Positions 46,447 to 57,100 of a DNA stretch of 64,000 bases are shown one piece after another. The stretch covers positions 14,733-78,732 of the forward strand of contig JACOVG010000027.1 in assembly GCA_016177405.1 (NCBI GenBank). The letters run 5' to 3'. Position 1 is the first letter of the stretch. The number at the start of each line of letters is the position of its first letter. The notes under the pieces were generated by a model. The model saw only the letters and a list, made by a program, of their open reading frames with translations. It had not been told where the DNA came from and did no database searches. Position numbers and translations under genes: made by a program. The stretch is from Candidatus Omnitrophota bacterium. GTDB lineage: Bacteria > Omnitrophota > Gorgyraeia > 1-14-0-20-64-10.

Positions 46447-47822
46447 TGCGGGGGCCCCTGGCGTACGCGGCGGCGGCCTTCGCGGCCGGGATCGGGCTGG
46501 CCGGATGGGTTACCCTGCCGCCGGCGTGGCTGGGGCTCTTCCTCTTAATAGGGGCCGCGGCGGCGCTCCTATCCTGGAGGAGGGGCGCCGCGGCGAATAT
46601 CGCCCTGGCGGCCCTGATGGCGATGCTGGGTTTCTTGAGGGCCGAGGTGGACGCCCGGCCGCCCCAGGATTCGGTGGAGCGGCTGATCGCGCGGGAGCCC
46701 AGACCGATCGCGGCGCAGGGGATTCTTGCCAGCTCTCCGGAATGGGCCAGAGCCCCTTCCGGTTTTGTCCGGCGCCGGGCCTGGCTCACTCTCGCGGTGA
46801 TTCGGCAGGGCGAGCGATGGCGCGCCGCCTCCGGCAAGGTGCTCCTTTATTTGCCGGCCAGGGCCGGCCATTTCTCTTACGGCGATCGTCTGGAGCTTGC
46901 CGGCGAAATCCGGGCGAGCCCAGGCCGCTGGATGCGGCTTTCCGGCGCCTGCGGGACGCTGACCGTTTCCGAAGCCGGTGCCATCCGAGGCCTGCCCAGC
47001 CGCCCGTCGGTTTGGGTCCGGTATCGCCGCCGGATCGAGGCGCTCCACGGCCGGCTCACGACACTGGGCCGGTCGTTGCTGGATCAGGAGGGGTCGGCTT
47101 ATCTGGAGGGGCTTCTCTTGGGCAACCGCCAGGGTTTCTCCAAGGAGCTGGCGGAGGCCTTCCGGAAGACCGGCACGGTGCATGTGCTGGTGGTCAGCGG
47201 CCTCAACGTGGGGCTGGTCGGTTTTCTGGGGATGGTGACCCTGTCGTTTCTCCGCCTGCCGAGAAATGCTTGCCATCTCCTCATCGCGGCGGGGCTTATC
47301 AGCTATTGCCTGCTGACAGGAAGCGATCCTCCCATTCTGCGGGCCACCCTCATGGGTGTATTGCTCTGCGCCAGCGCGGCGGCCGGGCGGGAATTCTCCG
47401 GATTCAACGCCCTGGGGGCGGCGGCCCTGGGGATTCTGGGCTGGGATCCGCGCGCCCTGGCCGACGTGGGCTTTCAGCTTTCCTTCGCGGCGGTGGGAGG
47501 AATTTTGCTGGCCGCCCCCTGGGTTGAAAAGGGCCCGCGGATTCTGAAGCCATTCGCCGTTTCTGTGAGCGCGTGGCTGGCGGTGCTGCCCTTGCTGGCC
47601 TGGCATTTCCATCTGGTGACGCCGGTGGCGCCGCTGGCCAACCTCTGGGTGATCCCCTGGGCGTCGTTCCTGATGGCGGTGGGATTCCTCCTGTTTCTCC
47701 TGGCCGGCCTTCATCCGGCGCTGGGCCTGCCGGCCGCCTCGGTCTTCACCTGGATGGCCTGGGTCCTGACCCAGGGGGTCACCTGGTTTTCCCGTTGGCC
47801 GGGAGCGTCTTTTTCCTGGTGA
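46446..47822 (+). CDS. comEC: ComEC/Rec2 competence-channel domain protein (short form without metallo-beta-lactamase domain)
   Basis: ATG overlapping the comEA stop (TGATG). Polytopic. Competence-domain motifs (GTVHVLVVSGLNVG, GFQLSFAAVGGIL). The supplied ORF begins earlier, overlapping comEA. Confidence 0.7.
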   Translation: MRGPLAYAAAAFAAGIGLAGWVTLPPAWLGLFLLIGAAAALLSWRRGAAANIALAALMAMLGFLRAEVDARPPQDSVERLIAREPRPIAAQGILASSPEWARAPSGFVRRRAWLTLAVIRQGERWRAASGKVLLYLPARAGHFSYGDRLELAGEIRASPGRWMRLSGACGTLTVSEAGAIRGLPSRPSVWVRYRRRIEALHGRLTTLGRSLLDQEGSAYLEGLLLGNRQGFSKELAEAFRKTGTVHVLVVSGLNVGLVGFLGMVTLSFLRLPRNACHLLIAAGLISYCLLTGSDPPILRATLMGVLLCASAAAGREFSGFNALGAAALGILGWDPRALADVGFQLSFAAVGGILLAAPWVEKGPRILKPFAVSVSAWLAVLPLLAWHFHLVTPVAPLANLWVIPWASFLMAVGFLLFLLAGLHPALGLPAASVFTWMAWVLTQGVTWFSRWPGASFSW

Positions 47823-47848
47823 GGGAAGGGTGTATACTATCTTTTGCC

Positions 47849-48247
47849 ATGGAAGCCGCGCCCCAGAATTCCGTCGAATCCCCCGTGGAGCGGCGCCGCC
47901 TGCCCCGCCTTCGGACGGTCCTGCCGGTGCAGTTTCGCAGCATCGCGAAACCGGAGGAGCCCTTCAGGGGCTGTCTCTCGAAGGACTTGAGCGCCGGAGG
48001 GATTCGCGTCACCGTGACGGGGTTCCTCGCGAGGGAGGCGAGGCTGGTGCTTCTGTTGTCTCTGCCGGCCCATCTGAAGCCCATCCGGACCATCGCCCAG
48101 GTGGTCTGGGTTCAGAAAAAGTCCTTGACCGAGATCTGCGATTGCGGCATCCGTTTCCTGGAAGTCAGCCCGCAGGACCGAGAGCTGATCGCCGATACGG
48201 TGGAGCGGGGCGTCGTCGGCCGCGTCGGCTCCCGCGATCGGTTTTAA
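47849..48247 (+). CDS. PilZ-domain protein (c-di-GMP-binding type)
   Basis: RRRLPRLR...LSAGGIRV pattern (RxxxR and D/NxSxGG). Confidence 0.65.
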   Translation: MEAAPQNSVESPVERRRLPRLRTVLPVQFRSIAKPEEPFRGCLSKDLSAGGIRVTVTGFLAREARLVLLLSLPAHLKPIRTIAQVVWVQKKSLTEICDCGIRFLEVSPQDRELIADTVERGVVGRVGSRDRF

Positions 48248-48262
48248 CCTCTTTAAGACAAG

Positions 48263-49225
48263 ATGAAAAAGACAATCCGAATTTTAAGTTTCCTTTTCCT
48301 GTGGGCCCTGGCCGCCTCCGAGGTTCAGGCGGCCTGGGTCTGGACGCCCCAGACCCGCCGGTGGGTCAACCCCAAGTACGCCACCAAGGACACGCCCAGC
48401 GCCCAGATGGATTGGGCCTTGGGATTCTTTGAGGATCGGGATTACGCCCGCGCGGCCAAGGAATTCATCCGGCTGGTGCGGGCCTTCCCCCGGTCGGAGA
48501 CGGCCCCGGAGGCGCAGTTTTTGGCGGGGGTTTGCTACGAGCAGTTGGACCAGCAGGGCGGGGCCCTGGCGGCCTACAAGAAGCTGATCGAAACCTACCC
48601 CTTTTCCTCCCGGTTCAAGGACGGCATCGAACGGGAGTTCGCCATCGCCGAGTCCTTCTTTTCCGGCAAGCCCCTGCGCGTTTTTGGGCCGCTCAAGCTG
48701 CCTTCCCTGGACAAGGCGGTAGAGGTTTACGAGCACGTCGTGTCCCAGGCCCCTTACGGCGAGTATGGAGACCGGGCCCAGTTCAGGCTGGGGGAGTGCT
48801 ACCGGAAGCAGGAGCGCTTCGAGGAGGCCAGCCGCGCCTTTCAGAAGCTGATCGATGAATACCCGGCCTCCTCCCTGGTGGAGCAGGCCAAGTACAACAT
48901 GGCCTTCTGCGCCTATCGGCTCTCCTTGAAGCCCAGCTACGATCAGTCGGCCACCGACGAGGCGATCCGCTGGTACGAGCAGTTCATCGCCACCCATCCG
49001 GAGAGCGATCTCATCCCGGAGGCCCAGCAGAGCCTGAAACAGCTCAAGGAGTTCAAGGCGCAGGGGCTGATCCAGATCGCCGAGTTTTATGAGGTCCAGA
49101 ACAAGCTTCGGTCGGCGGCCGTCTACTACCGGCAGTTGATCGAGAGCTACCCCCAGTCTCCGCAGGCGGCCAAGGCGGTTTCCCGGCTGACCGAGCTGGA
49201 GCAATCCGGAGCGCTGAAGCCATGA
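48263..49225 (+). CDS. TPR-repeat outer-membrane lipoprotein, BamD/YfiO-like
   Basis: Signal peptide MKKTIRILSFLFLWALAASEVQA. Several TPR-like helices (EAQFLAGVCYEQL, DRAQFRLGECYRKQ). Located upstream of lptE. Confidence 0.5.
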   Translation: MKKTIRILSFLFLWALAASEVQAAWVWTPQTRRWVNPKYATKDTPSAQMDWALGFFEDRDYARAAKEFIRLVRAFPRSETAPEAQFLAGVCYEQLDQQGGALAAYKKLIETYPFSSRFKDGIEREFAIAESFFSGKPLRVFGPLKLPSLDKAVEVYEHVVSQAPYGEYGDRAQFRLGECYRKQERFEEASRAFQKLIDEYPASSLVEQAKYNMAFCAYRLSLKPSYDQSATDEAIRWYEQFIATHPESDLIPEAQQSLKQLKEFKAQGLIQIAEFYEVQNKLRSAAVYYRQLIESYPQSPQAAKAVSRLTELEQSGALKP

Positions 49226-49770
49226 GAAAACGGTTCCTCTTGCTGCTTGCCGCTTACTGCCTGCTGCCGCTTTTTCTGTCTTCCTGCGGCTACTCGGTGA
49301 CCCGCCTGCTGCCCGCCAACTACCGGACGATCTACATCGATCCCTTCGCCAACGAGATCCCCTTCACCGAGGAGGTCAGCGAGCGGTCCGGATTTCAGGC
49401 GATCCTGCCCAAGCTGGAGGAGGATGTGACCCGCGGGGTGATCAACCGCTTTTTGTTCGACGGCAACCTCCGGGTCACCACGAAGGCGGACGCCGCGGAC
49501 CTCCGCGTGGCCGGCGTCATTAGGGATTTCTACCGCCAGCCGGTCCGCCGGAAGGACGACGAGACGGTGGAGGAGTACCGGCTCAATCTCGTGGCCTCGG
49601 TCGTCTGCCGCGACCGGGAAGGGAAGGTCCTCTTCGATGAGCCCAACCTGATCGGCGACGCGACCTACTTCGCGAGCGGCTCCTCGGCCGTGCCGGAGTC
49701 GGCCGCGGTGGACAACCTCATCACCGATTTCTCCCGCCGGGTGGTGGAGCGGGTCGTTGAAAACTGGTAA
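49222..49770 (+). CDS. lptE: LPS-assembly lipoprotein LptE-like
   Basis: Lipobox LSSCGY. About 180 aa. Sits between the leuS region and holA, as in the conserved leuS-lptE-holA arrangement. Confidence 0.55.
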   Translation: MRKRFLLLLAAYCLLPLFLSSCGYSVTRLLPANYRTIYIDPFANEIPFTEEVSERSGFQAILPKLEEDVTRGVINRFLFDGNLRVTTKADAADLRVAGVIRDFYRQPVRRKDDETVEEYRLNLVASVVCRDREGKVLFDEPNLIGDATYFASGSSAVPESAAVDNLITDFSRRVVERVVENW

Positions 49771-50620
49771 GCCCCCATCGCCCCCCGCGGTTCTCCTGTG
49801 CGTGGGTCCGGAGAGCTGGCTTAAGGAACAGGCCGTCCGGCGCCTTCAAAAGGAGTGCTTGGCCCCCGGTTTTGAGGAGATGGATTTCGTCCGCTTCGGC
49901 GAGCCGCCGGAGGATGCAACCGAGCTCCTGGCCGTCTTGAGAACCCCGCCCTTCGGGTCGCCGTTCCGGCTGGTGGCGGCGGAGGGCTTTCTCACCCTGA
50001 ACGAGACCTCCGCCCCCTGGCTGGCCCCCTACGCGCAAAATCCCAATCCGAAAACACGCCTGGTGGTCTGCGCCCAAAAGGCCGCGCTGTCCGCTTCCGT
50101 GAGAGAGGGGGTTTCGTGGGTCAGCTGTGAGCCCTTGAGGGGAGAGGCCTTGAGGGCCTGGGTGATGGATCAGGCGAAGGCTCTGGGCAAACCGATCACG
50201 CCGGAAGGGGCCGCCCTTCTCACCGCGCGGTTGGGCGGCGAGCTGCAGACCCTGCGCGGCGCCCTGGAGGCATTGGCCCTTTTCGCCGGAGGGGCCCAGC
50301 GGATCGGCGAGGCCGACGTGGAAAAGCTTATCCTGCCCTCGGTTCGGGAGACCGCCTTCGACATCCTGGACCGGGCCGCCTCCGGCAAACCCGGCGCCGC
50401 CCTGGAGGTTCTAAGAATGTCGCTTCAGGAAGGGAAGATCACGATGGAGCAGATGATGGGGGCGCTGGGCTGGTATTACCGCAATCGGGCCGAACGCCTA
50501 AGCGGCGCCGAGCTTCGAAAGGCGCTCGCGGAAATCTTGGAAGCGGACCGCCAGCTGAAATTGAGCCACCCGGCCCCGGAGCTTCTCCTCGATCAGCTTT
50601 TGATTCGTTTGGCGAGTTGA
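49757..50620 (+). CDS. holA: DNA polymerase III delta subunit
   Basis: 287 aa, with a size and helical C-terminal pattern compatible with HolA. It follows lptE. Sequence motifs are weak, so the assignment rests partly on synteny. Confidence 0.55.
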   Translation: MKTGKPPSPPAVLLCVGPESWLKEQAVRRLQKECLAPGFEEMDFVRFGEPPEDATELLAVLRTPPFGSPFRLVAAEGFLTLNETSAPWLAPYAQNPNPKTRLVVCAQKAALSASVREGVSWVSCEPLRGEALRAWVMDQAKALGKPITPEGAALLTARLGGELQTLRGALEALALFAGGAQRIGEADVEKLILPSVRETAFDILDRAASGKPGAALEVLRMSLQEGKITMEQMMGALGWYYRNRAERLSGAELRKALAEILEADRQLKLSHPAPELLLDQLLIRLAS

Positions 50621-50862
50621 CGGGCGAGCCTGGATTTCTTCCTGGAGGCGGTGTTGCGCGGGATGACCTTCTTTTGGGCGGCCTGATCCAGCTTCTTGAC
50701 CAGGAGTTGGAGAATTTGTTTGGCGGCGTCGGCCTCCCCCTTTTGGAGCGCCTCGGCAAACTTCCGGTGCGCGGTCTTGAGCTCCGACCGGACCGCCAGG
50801 TTCTTGAGCCTCCTCTTCCGGTCGGCCCGCACCCTTTTGGCCGCCGCGCGAATGTTCGGCAT
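50593..50862 (-). CDS. rpsT: 30S ribosomal protein S20
   Basis: Start set at MPNIRAAAKRVRADRKRRLKN. 89 aa, basic and helical. Confidence 0.85.
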   Translation of the reverse strand: MPNIRAAAKRVRADRKRRLKNLAVRSELKTAHRKFAEALQKGEADAAKQILQLLVKKLDQAAQKKVIPRNTASRKKSRLARQLAKRIKS

Positions 50863-50893
50863 AGACGAAGAACGTAGCACACCCAGCCGACCG

Positions 50894-52456
50894 ATGTCAA
50901 CGGCTCGCGATCCCCGGCGCCTTTTCAAAGCGGCCGGGACCATGGGTCTGGCCACGGCGGTCAGCCGTCTCCTGGGCTTCGCCCGAGACTGCCTGATCGC
51001 GGCGGCCTACGGAACCTCGGCCCCGGCCCAGGCCTTTGTGGTGGCCTTCCGGATTCCGAACCTCTTGCGGGATCTGGTGGCGGAGGGAGCGGCCAACTCC
51101 GCCTTTGTGCCGGTCTTCTCGCGCGTTCGCGCCCTGGAGGGGGAGGCCTCGTGGGCCGCTTTGTCTCGGGCCCTGTTCAGCCGTCTCTTCTTCGGTTTCG
51201 CGGCGATTTCCATTCTGGGGGTGTGGCTGGCGCCGTGGCTGGTGGCGGTGACGGCCCCGGGTTTCCGGTCCGACCCGGAGCTGGCTGCCCTGACGGTGAA
51301 GCTCACCCGGATCCTCTTTCCCTTTGTGGGCCTGGTGGGGATCTGGGCCTTTTTCATGGGGCTCTCTAACAGCCTCGACCGCTTCACCCTGCCGGCCCTG
51401 GGGCCCATCGTGCTGAACCTTTGCATGATCGGGGGCTTGATCCTCTTCAGGCCGGATGCCCTTGGGATTTCCTGCGGCTTGCTCCTCGGGGGAATTCTCC
51501 AGATCGCGATTCAGTGGCCGGCCCTTCACCGGGCCGGAGTGAGATTCCGGCTTCGGGTGAGGAGCCATCCCGGGGTCGAATCGATCGGCCGGATGATGGG
51601 GCCCAGGCTCGTGGGAAGCAGCGTTCACCAGGTGGGCGTGCTGGTGGACACGATCTTCGCTTCCTTCAAGGAGCTGGTGGGCGCGGGCGGCATCGCCACC
51701 CTTTATTACGCCCACCGGTTTCTGCATCTGCCCATGGCCCTCTTTGGGATTTCGATGGCCCAGGCGGCCTTGCCGGCCCTCTCGAGCCTGGCGGCCCGGA
51801 ACGATTCCGAGGGGGTCCGACGGACCACCGCCCTGGCGCTGCGCTCCTCCCTATTCGTCGCGGTCCCTTCCTGCCTGGGGCTGATCGCGCTGGCCCATCC
51901 CATCGTCGAGACCCTTCTGGAGCGCGGGGCCTTCACCCCGGAATCCACCCGGATGACCGTCGTGACCCTGCAGTGGTACGCGCTGGGGCTTACGGCCATG
52001 TGCACGGCCAAGGTTCTGACCAACGTCCTTTACGCCTTCCACGACACCTGGACGCCGGTCCAGTCGGCGGCCTTGGCGCTGACGGCCAACGTGGCGCTGA
52101 ACTTCCTTCTGGTCAAGCCGATGGGCTTGGCCGGCCTGGCGCTGGCCACATCGCTGGCCTCGGGCCTGAACAGCTGGCACCTCTACGCGAGGGTTCACCG
52201 GAGGATCGGCTCCCTGGAGGCCGGCCTCAAAAGCTGGGCGGCGCGGCTGACCGCCGCCTCGCTGGCGATGGCGGTCTGGGCGCGGCTCCTCTGGCCTGCC
52301 GGGCTTCGTTGGTTTGGAATCTCCGGCGCTCCGGCGGCCGCGGCGTGGCTGTTGGCGGTGATTGCCCTGTCGGCGGCGCTCTTCTTTGGGCTGGCCCTCC
52401 TGCTGAAGCTGGAGGAGGCCCAGGGGGTGGTCCGATGGCTCTTCAGGAAAAGCTAG
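50894..52456 (+). CDS. murJ: Lipid II flippase MurJ (MviN)
   Basis: Start set at the ATG giving MSTARD..., which avoids rpsT on the opposite strand. AAGTMGLATAVSRLLGFARDCLIAAAYG N-terminal signature and 14 TM segments. Confidence 0.8.
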   Translation: MSTARDPRRLFKAAGTMGLATAVSRLLGFARDCLIAAAYGTSAPAQAFVVAFRIPNLLRDLVAEGAANSAFVPVFSRVRALEGEASWAALSRALFSRLFFGFAAISILGVWLAPWLVAVTAPGFRSDPELAALTVKLTRILFPFVGLVGIWAFFMGLSNSLDRFTLPALGPIVLNLCMIGGLILFRPDALGISCGLLLGGILQIAIQWPALHRAGVRFRLRVRSHPGVESIGRMMGPRLVGSSVHQVGVLVDTIFASFKELVGAGGIATLYYAHRFLHLPMALFGISMAQAALPALSSLAARNDSEGVRRTTALALRSSLFVAVPSCLGLIALAHPIVETLLERGAFTPESTRMTVVTLQWYALGLTAMCTAKVLTNVLYAFHDTWTPVQSAALALTANVALNFLLVKPMGLAGLALATSLASGLNSWHLYARVHRRIGSLEAGLKSWAARLTAASLAMAVWARLLWPAGLRWFGISGAPAAAAWLLAVIALSAALFFGLALLLKLEEAQGVVRWLFRKS

Positions 52457-53829
52457 CGAAGCTCCCGGACCGCCCCGGCGTCTACCTCTTCAAGGACGAA
52501 GCCGGGCGGGTCCTCTACGTCGGCAAAGCGGTCTCCCTGCGCAAGCGGGTCCTCTCCTATTTTCGCCGGCCTGCCGGCGGAAAGGTTTCGCGCCTCATCC
52601 GGGAGGCGGCCGATCTGGACTGGATCATCGCCGGCTCCGAGGCCGAGGCCCTTCTGGTGGAGTCCAGCCTCATCAAGGAGAAGAGCCCCAAGTACAACGT
52701 TCTGCTTAAAGACGACAAGTCCTATCCCTATCTCAAGGTGACGGCGGAGGAGGAGTTCCCCCGGCTCTTCATCGGGCGGGGCCGGCCGGAGCCCGGCACC
52801 AAGGCGATCGGTCCCTTCACCGAGGCGGCTCTTTTGAAGCAGGCCTTCCAGGCGATCCGCGGGGTGATCCCTTTTCGCACCTGCAGGACGCTGCCCAAGC
52901 GGGCGTGCCTGGATTTCCATTTGAGGCTTTGCCCGGCTCCCTGCGAGGGAAGGATAAGCCGGGAAGCGTACCGGCAGGGTCTCGAGCAGATCCTTCTCCT
53001 CGCGGAGGGGAAGAAGGAGAGGGTGGTGGATCTCCTTCGCGACCGGATGGAGGAGGCCTCCCGGGCCCAGCGGTACGAAGAGGCGGCCCGCTGCCGGGAT
53101 CAGATCTCGGGCTTGGCGGAGCTGACCGCCCGGCCCAAACGCTTCGCCCCCACCGAGGCGCTGGCCGACTGCGCCGGCCTCCTGCGGCTCGCCAGGGTTC
53201 CGCGGCGGATCGAGGCGTTCGACATCTCCAACCTCTTCGGCCGCGAGGCGGTGGGAGCCTGCGTCACCTTCCTGGACGGCAAGCCGTTCAAGCCCGGCTA
53301 CAAACGATTCAAGATCCAGACGGTCGCCGGCATCGACGATTACGCCATGATGCGGGAGGTCATCCGGCGGCACTTTCAGGATTTGGTGGAAGCCAAGAAG
53401 GGCCTGCCGGATCTGGTGGTGATCGACGGGGGCCGGGGGCACCTGAACGCGGCCCTGGAGGCGCTCGCGGAGCTCTCCCTGGAGCTCCCGGCCCTGGGGA
53501 TCGCCAAGGAGTTTGAGGAGATCTTTCTTCCGGGCCAACAGGAGCCCCTGCTTCTGCCGCCCCAGTCCAAGGTGCTCCAGCTGATTCAGCGCCTGCGGGA
53601 CGAGGCCCACCGCTTCGCGATCGGCTATCACCGGCTGCTCCGGGGCAAACGGGTCCTGCGCTCGGCCCTGGATGAGATCCCCGGGGTGGGCCCGCGCCGC
53701 CGCCAGGATCTTTTGGTCCGCTTCGGGTCGGTGGAGGCGGTTCGTCAGGCCCCGGTCGAGGAGCTGACCCAGGTGCGCGGCGTCTCCCAGATGCTCGCCG
53801 AGAGAATCCACCAGAAGCTGCGCCGATGA
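52435..53829 (+). CDS. uvrC: Excinuclease ABC subunit C-like (GIY-YIG nuclease, UvrBC-interaction region, C-terminal (HhH)2), short form
   Basis: Start at MALQEKL. GIY-YIG motif GVYLFKDEAGRVLYVGKA. UVR motif (YEEAARCRDQISGL). C-terminal IPGVGPRRRQDLL HhH. At 464 aa it is shorter than canonical UvrC. Confidence 0.7.
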   Translation: MALQEKLAKLPDRPGVYLFKDEAGRVLYVGKAVSLRKRVLSYFRRPAGGKVSRLIREAADLDWIIAGSEAEALLVESSLIKEKSPKYNVLLKDDKSYPYLKVTAEEEFPRLFIGRGRPEPGTKAIGPFTEAALLKQAFQAIRGVIPFRTCRTLPKRACLDFHLRLCPAPCEGRISREAYRQGLEQILLLAEGKKERVVDLLRDRMEEASRAQRYEEAARCRDQISGLAELTARPKRFAPTEALADCAGLLRLARVPRRIEAFDISNLFGREAVGACVTFLDGKPFKPGYKRFKIQTVAGIDDYAMMREVIRRHFQDLVEAKKGLPDLVVIDGGRGHLNAALEALAELSLELPALGIAKEFEEIFLPGQQEPLLLPPQSKVLQLIQRLRDEAHRFAIGYHRLLRGKRVLRSALDEIPGVGPRRRQDLLVRFGSVEAVRQAPVEELTQVRGVSQMLAERIHQKLRR

Positions 53830-54113
53830 GCCCCGGCTGGCAAAGCCAGGTGACGCCGTTTCAGCGGAGGGTGTACCTGGCGGTCCTCCGGATTCCCAAG
53901 GGACAGGCGCGCACCTACGCCCAGATCGCCCGGGCGATCGGCAAGCCCGGCGCTGCCCGCGCCGTGGGTCAGGCGCTCAAGCGCAACAAATGGGCTCCCC
54001 AGATTCCCTGCCACCGGGTGATCTCCTCCGGCGGCCTGGGCGGGTATTCCGCTCCGGGGGGATTGCGCCGCAAGCGCCGGCTCCTTCGCCTCGAAGGGGC
54101 GAAGTTAAAGTAG
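53826..54113 (+). CDS. Stand-alone methylated-DNA--protein-cysteine methyltransferase DNA-binding/active-site domain (95 aa)
   Basis: IPCHRV active-site motif with the Cys retained, preceded by an HTH-like region (RTYAQIARAIGKPGAARAVGQALKRN). The N-terminal MGMT domain is absent. Confidence 0.7.
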   Translation: MSPGWQSQVTPFQRRVYLAVLRIPKGQARTYAQIARAIGKPGAARAVGQALKRNKWAPQIPCHRVISSGGLGGYSAPGGLRRKRRLLRLEGAKLK

Positions 54114-54177
54114 CATATAGCCAGATATATTTCCACACCCCGCGCTGCCCTTCAGGTATACTTTTTATCACCATCCC

Positions 54178-57100
54178 ATGAGAAGACCTACCGTTGCGCT
54201 GGCCACAGGCGCCTTTTTCCTTGCCCAACTCTTTGGGCCGGGGCCCTCCCATGCTCTCCGCCCGCAGCAGGACGTGAGGGTCGGCTTGGAGGAGGCGCTC
54301 GCGCCCGCCGCTGGGCTTGAGGAAACGGCGAAGGCGGCGAATATTATCCGAAAGAACCACCTGGTGGAGGGATTACGCGGAGGCGAGTCAGACGCGACGG
54401 TAGTTTCGGCCTTCCTGAATCAGATACGAAGGCCGCCAACGGATGCGATAGCCATCTCAAGGCCCCCCTTGTCTGAAGAGCCGTACCGGACCGGCCCCCT
54501 CCTGCGGCGGGAGATGGAGAAGGTATCGTGGGGCAGAAGCTACGATGAAAAATACTGGCTGCCGGCCTTGGAACTGGTTCTTCAAGCGGCGGCCAGGCGG
54601 TTGAAGGTCGCCCCCAAAGAGCTTGGTCTCGTGAGCATGAAGCATCTCATGAGGCATCTCTTTCATGCCCGCGATCTCCAAGGGGATCTTCTCATGGGGG
54701 AGGATTCCGAATTGGATCTCTTCCGCTGGGCCTACCGGGAGATTCCCCGGACGGTAGCGCCCAAGCTTGCCTCCGGGGAGATCGATTCAAAGAAGCTCCA
54801 CGACGCCCTCGCCAATCCCTTCAAGGATTCCAACGATCGAGGCAACGACCAGGTGCAGCAAGCGATCTTTGAGTTGATGAGGGAGCATCCCGAACGGTTT
54901 GTAGATGATCCGAAAGAGCTGAAGGATAAGCCGCTGGAAGAGCTCGCGCCGATCGTCGAATCCTGGGTTCGCTTGGCCCTGGCCGCCAACCGGGTGGATT
55001 ACAGCCGGCCGGTGGCCTTGAAAGAGATCGAGAGGGTAGGAGGTCTGATTCCCTTTGTGAGGCGGGGGTTAGACACCCCATTTCTCGAGGCGCTGGGGCG
55101 AGACAACTATCTTAAGGAATTTGTTCAGCAGACCCTCGTCGGCTCTCCCGAGGTCTTTTTGGTCTATCTCGCCGACAACAACGCCGAGCTGACCGCGAGC
55201 TTGAAGCTGGCAGAGGTTCTCTTGTCGGCCAACCCCAACCTGGAGATCGCCTTTGTGGTCAAGGAGGATAACGGCGTCATGAACGACGCCTCGCACGAGG
55301 ACGCCTGGAGGATGATTTCCCACCAGCGCGATGGGGTGCCGGACATCTACGAGAAGCTGCGCGGCTATTTTCCAGATCGGTTCAGACTGCTTAAGGGACC
55401 CGGCTCCCAGGGGCTTCCCCTCAACGCCTTGCGAGCGGATGTGGCCGAGGCCTTGAGAGAGGCGGATGTCATCCTGGCCGAAGGGGAGGCCAACACCTGG
55501 ACGTTGAACGGACTGGACAAAGAGAGAATCTATCTTGCCTTGCGGCTAAAACAGGAAACATGGACGCGCCTCGTGTGGGGCATCGGCAAGGAGATTCTTT
55601 CTGATGATAAGCTGAAGTCCGAACAGCCGCCCGTCTTCGTCCGGATCGATGGGGCCCAGGGGGCATACTACCAGAACCCGCTCAAGGACCCCGACGGGGA
55701 AAACCCTTCCTGGACCATCTTAGAGAACTTGGACCCCTTGAAGCCGGCCCACGCGGGCTTGGAGGAGAAGGTGGCGCGGATATTGCCCGAGCAAATACTC
55801 CGGCAAGATTTCGGGAGGGTAAGGGAGGTTTCCTTTTTAATGGGTGGAGGGCTCGCGGCCTCAACGGAGAAGGCGCGTTTCCTGAAGTGGGATTCTTTCG
55901 AAGGCGAGCCGAGGGTTTTTGGGCACGACTCTTTCAAAACAGTTGTTTTCAGCCGCGGCGGAAATACCATCGCTTACGTGCCTTTCGATCAGACTGAAAA
56001 TAAGGGAGTCTCGGTCTACGATCTCGCCGAAAGGGCTGGCCGATTCATCCGAGTGGAAGAAGCCCGGGGCCCTGTCTTTCAGGCGGCGCTCGATCCCGAT
56101 GGAAAGCGATTGGCCCTTCTGTTTCTCGGCGAACCTAAAACCAAGGGAAAACCTAAGATCAAACTTCAAGTGAGAAATTCCACAACGGGCGAGCTTGAGC
56201 ACGACCTTGATATTTCAACGAAAGGCAAAAAGGTGCCGCTCCTTTTTACTCCTGATGGAAAGAAGCTGATAGCGGGGGAGTTTTTGGGCGATAACCCAGG
56301 TACCTCCCTCCGGTTTCTGGATCTTGAAACGAAGAAGGTTCATCCCTTGGCAGGCTCTTCCTCCGGCCTGCTCCAGTCGCTCCAGGCCTCCGACACCGCT
56401 TTGGTGGCCGCGGTGGCCGATGCCGATGGCAGCCGGTTCTACGCGATGACTTGGAATCTTACGGGAAAACCCACATCTCCCCGCGCCTGGCCGTTAGATC
56501 ATTCGGCGAGGTCGGTGGCCCTAAGCCCTGATGGTCGAACGATTGCCACCGGTAGGATAGAAGGGGAAATCCACCTTTGGGAAGTTGGCACGGGAAAAAA
56601 GAAGGCGATCTTGGAAGGCCACACCGGCGAGGTTTCCGCGCTGGCCTTCAGCCCGGATGGCAAGCGGCTGGCCAGCGGCAGCCGCGACGCCACGGTCCGC
56701 CTCTGGGACCTCGCCGGGCTGGAGGAGACGGAACCCGGCGTGCCATCGGCGGATGTGCGTTCCGGAGTATTGTCTGTCTATGGAAAACAGGCCCAGGCGC
56801 GTCCGCTGACGGAAACGGAGCTAAGAACGCACGAAGATACGTTCCGTGGGTTGCTGGAGTTGATCCCCACCGACAAAGATCGAGAAACGGATTTTATGGA
56901 CAGGCTTTTGAAAGGACACGAAGGGCCTGATCCGGGTTTAAGCTTCGCGGTTTGGACAGGGGGGCGCCCCATCGCGGTGGCGATCTTGACGAAATCGAAG
57001 AATCCCCGCTATCAAAATCGAAAGGCGGTCGTTTTGGAAGATGTCGCGGTGCATCCGGACTATCAGAGGACCCCGATCGCGGCTTGGCTGCTTTACCAGG

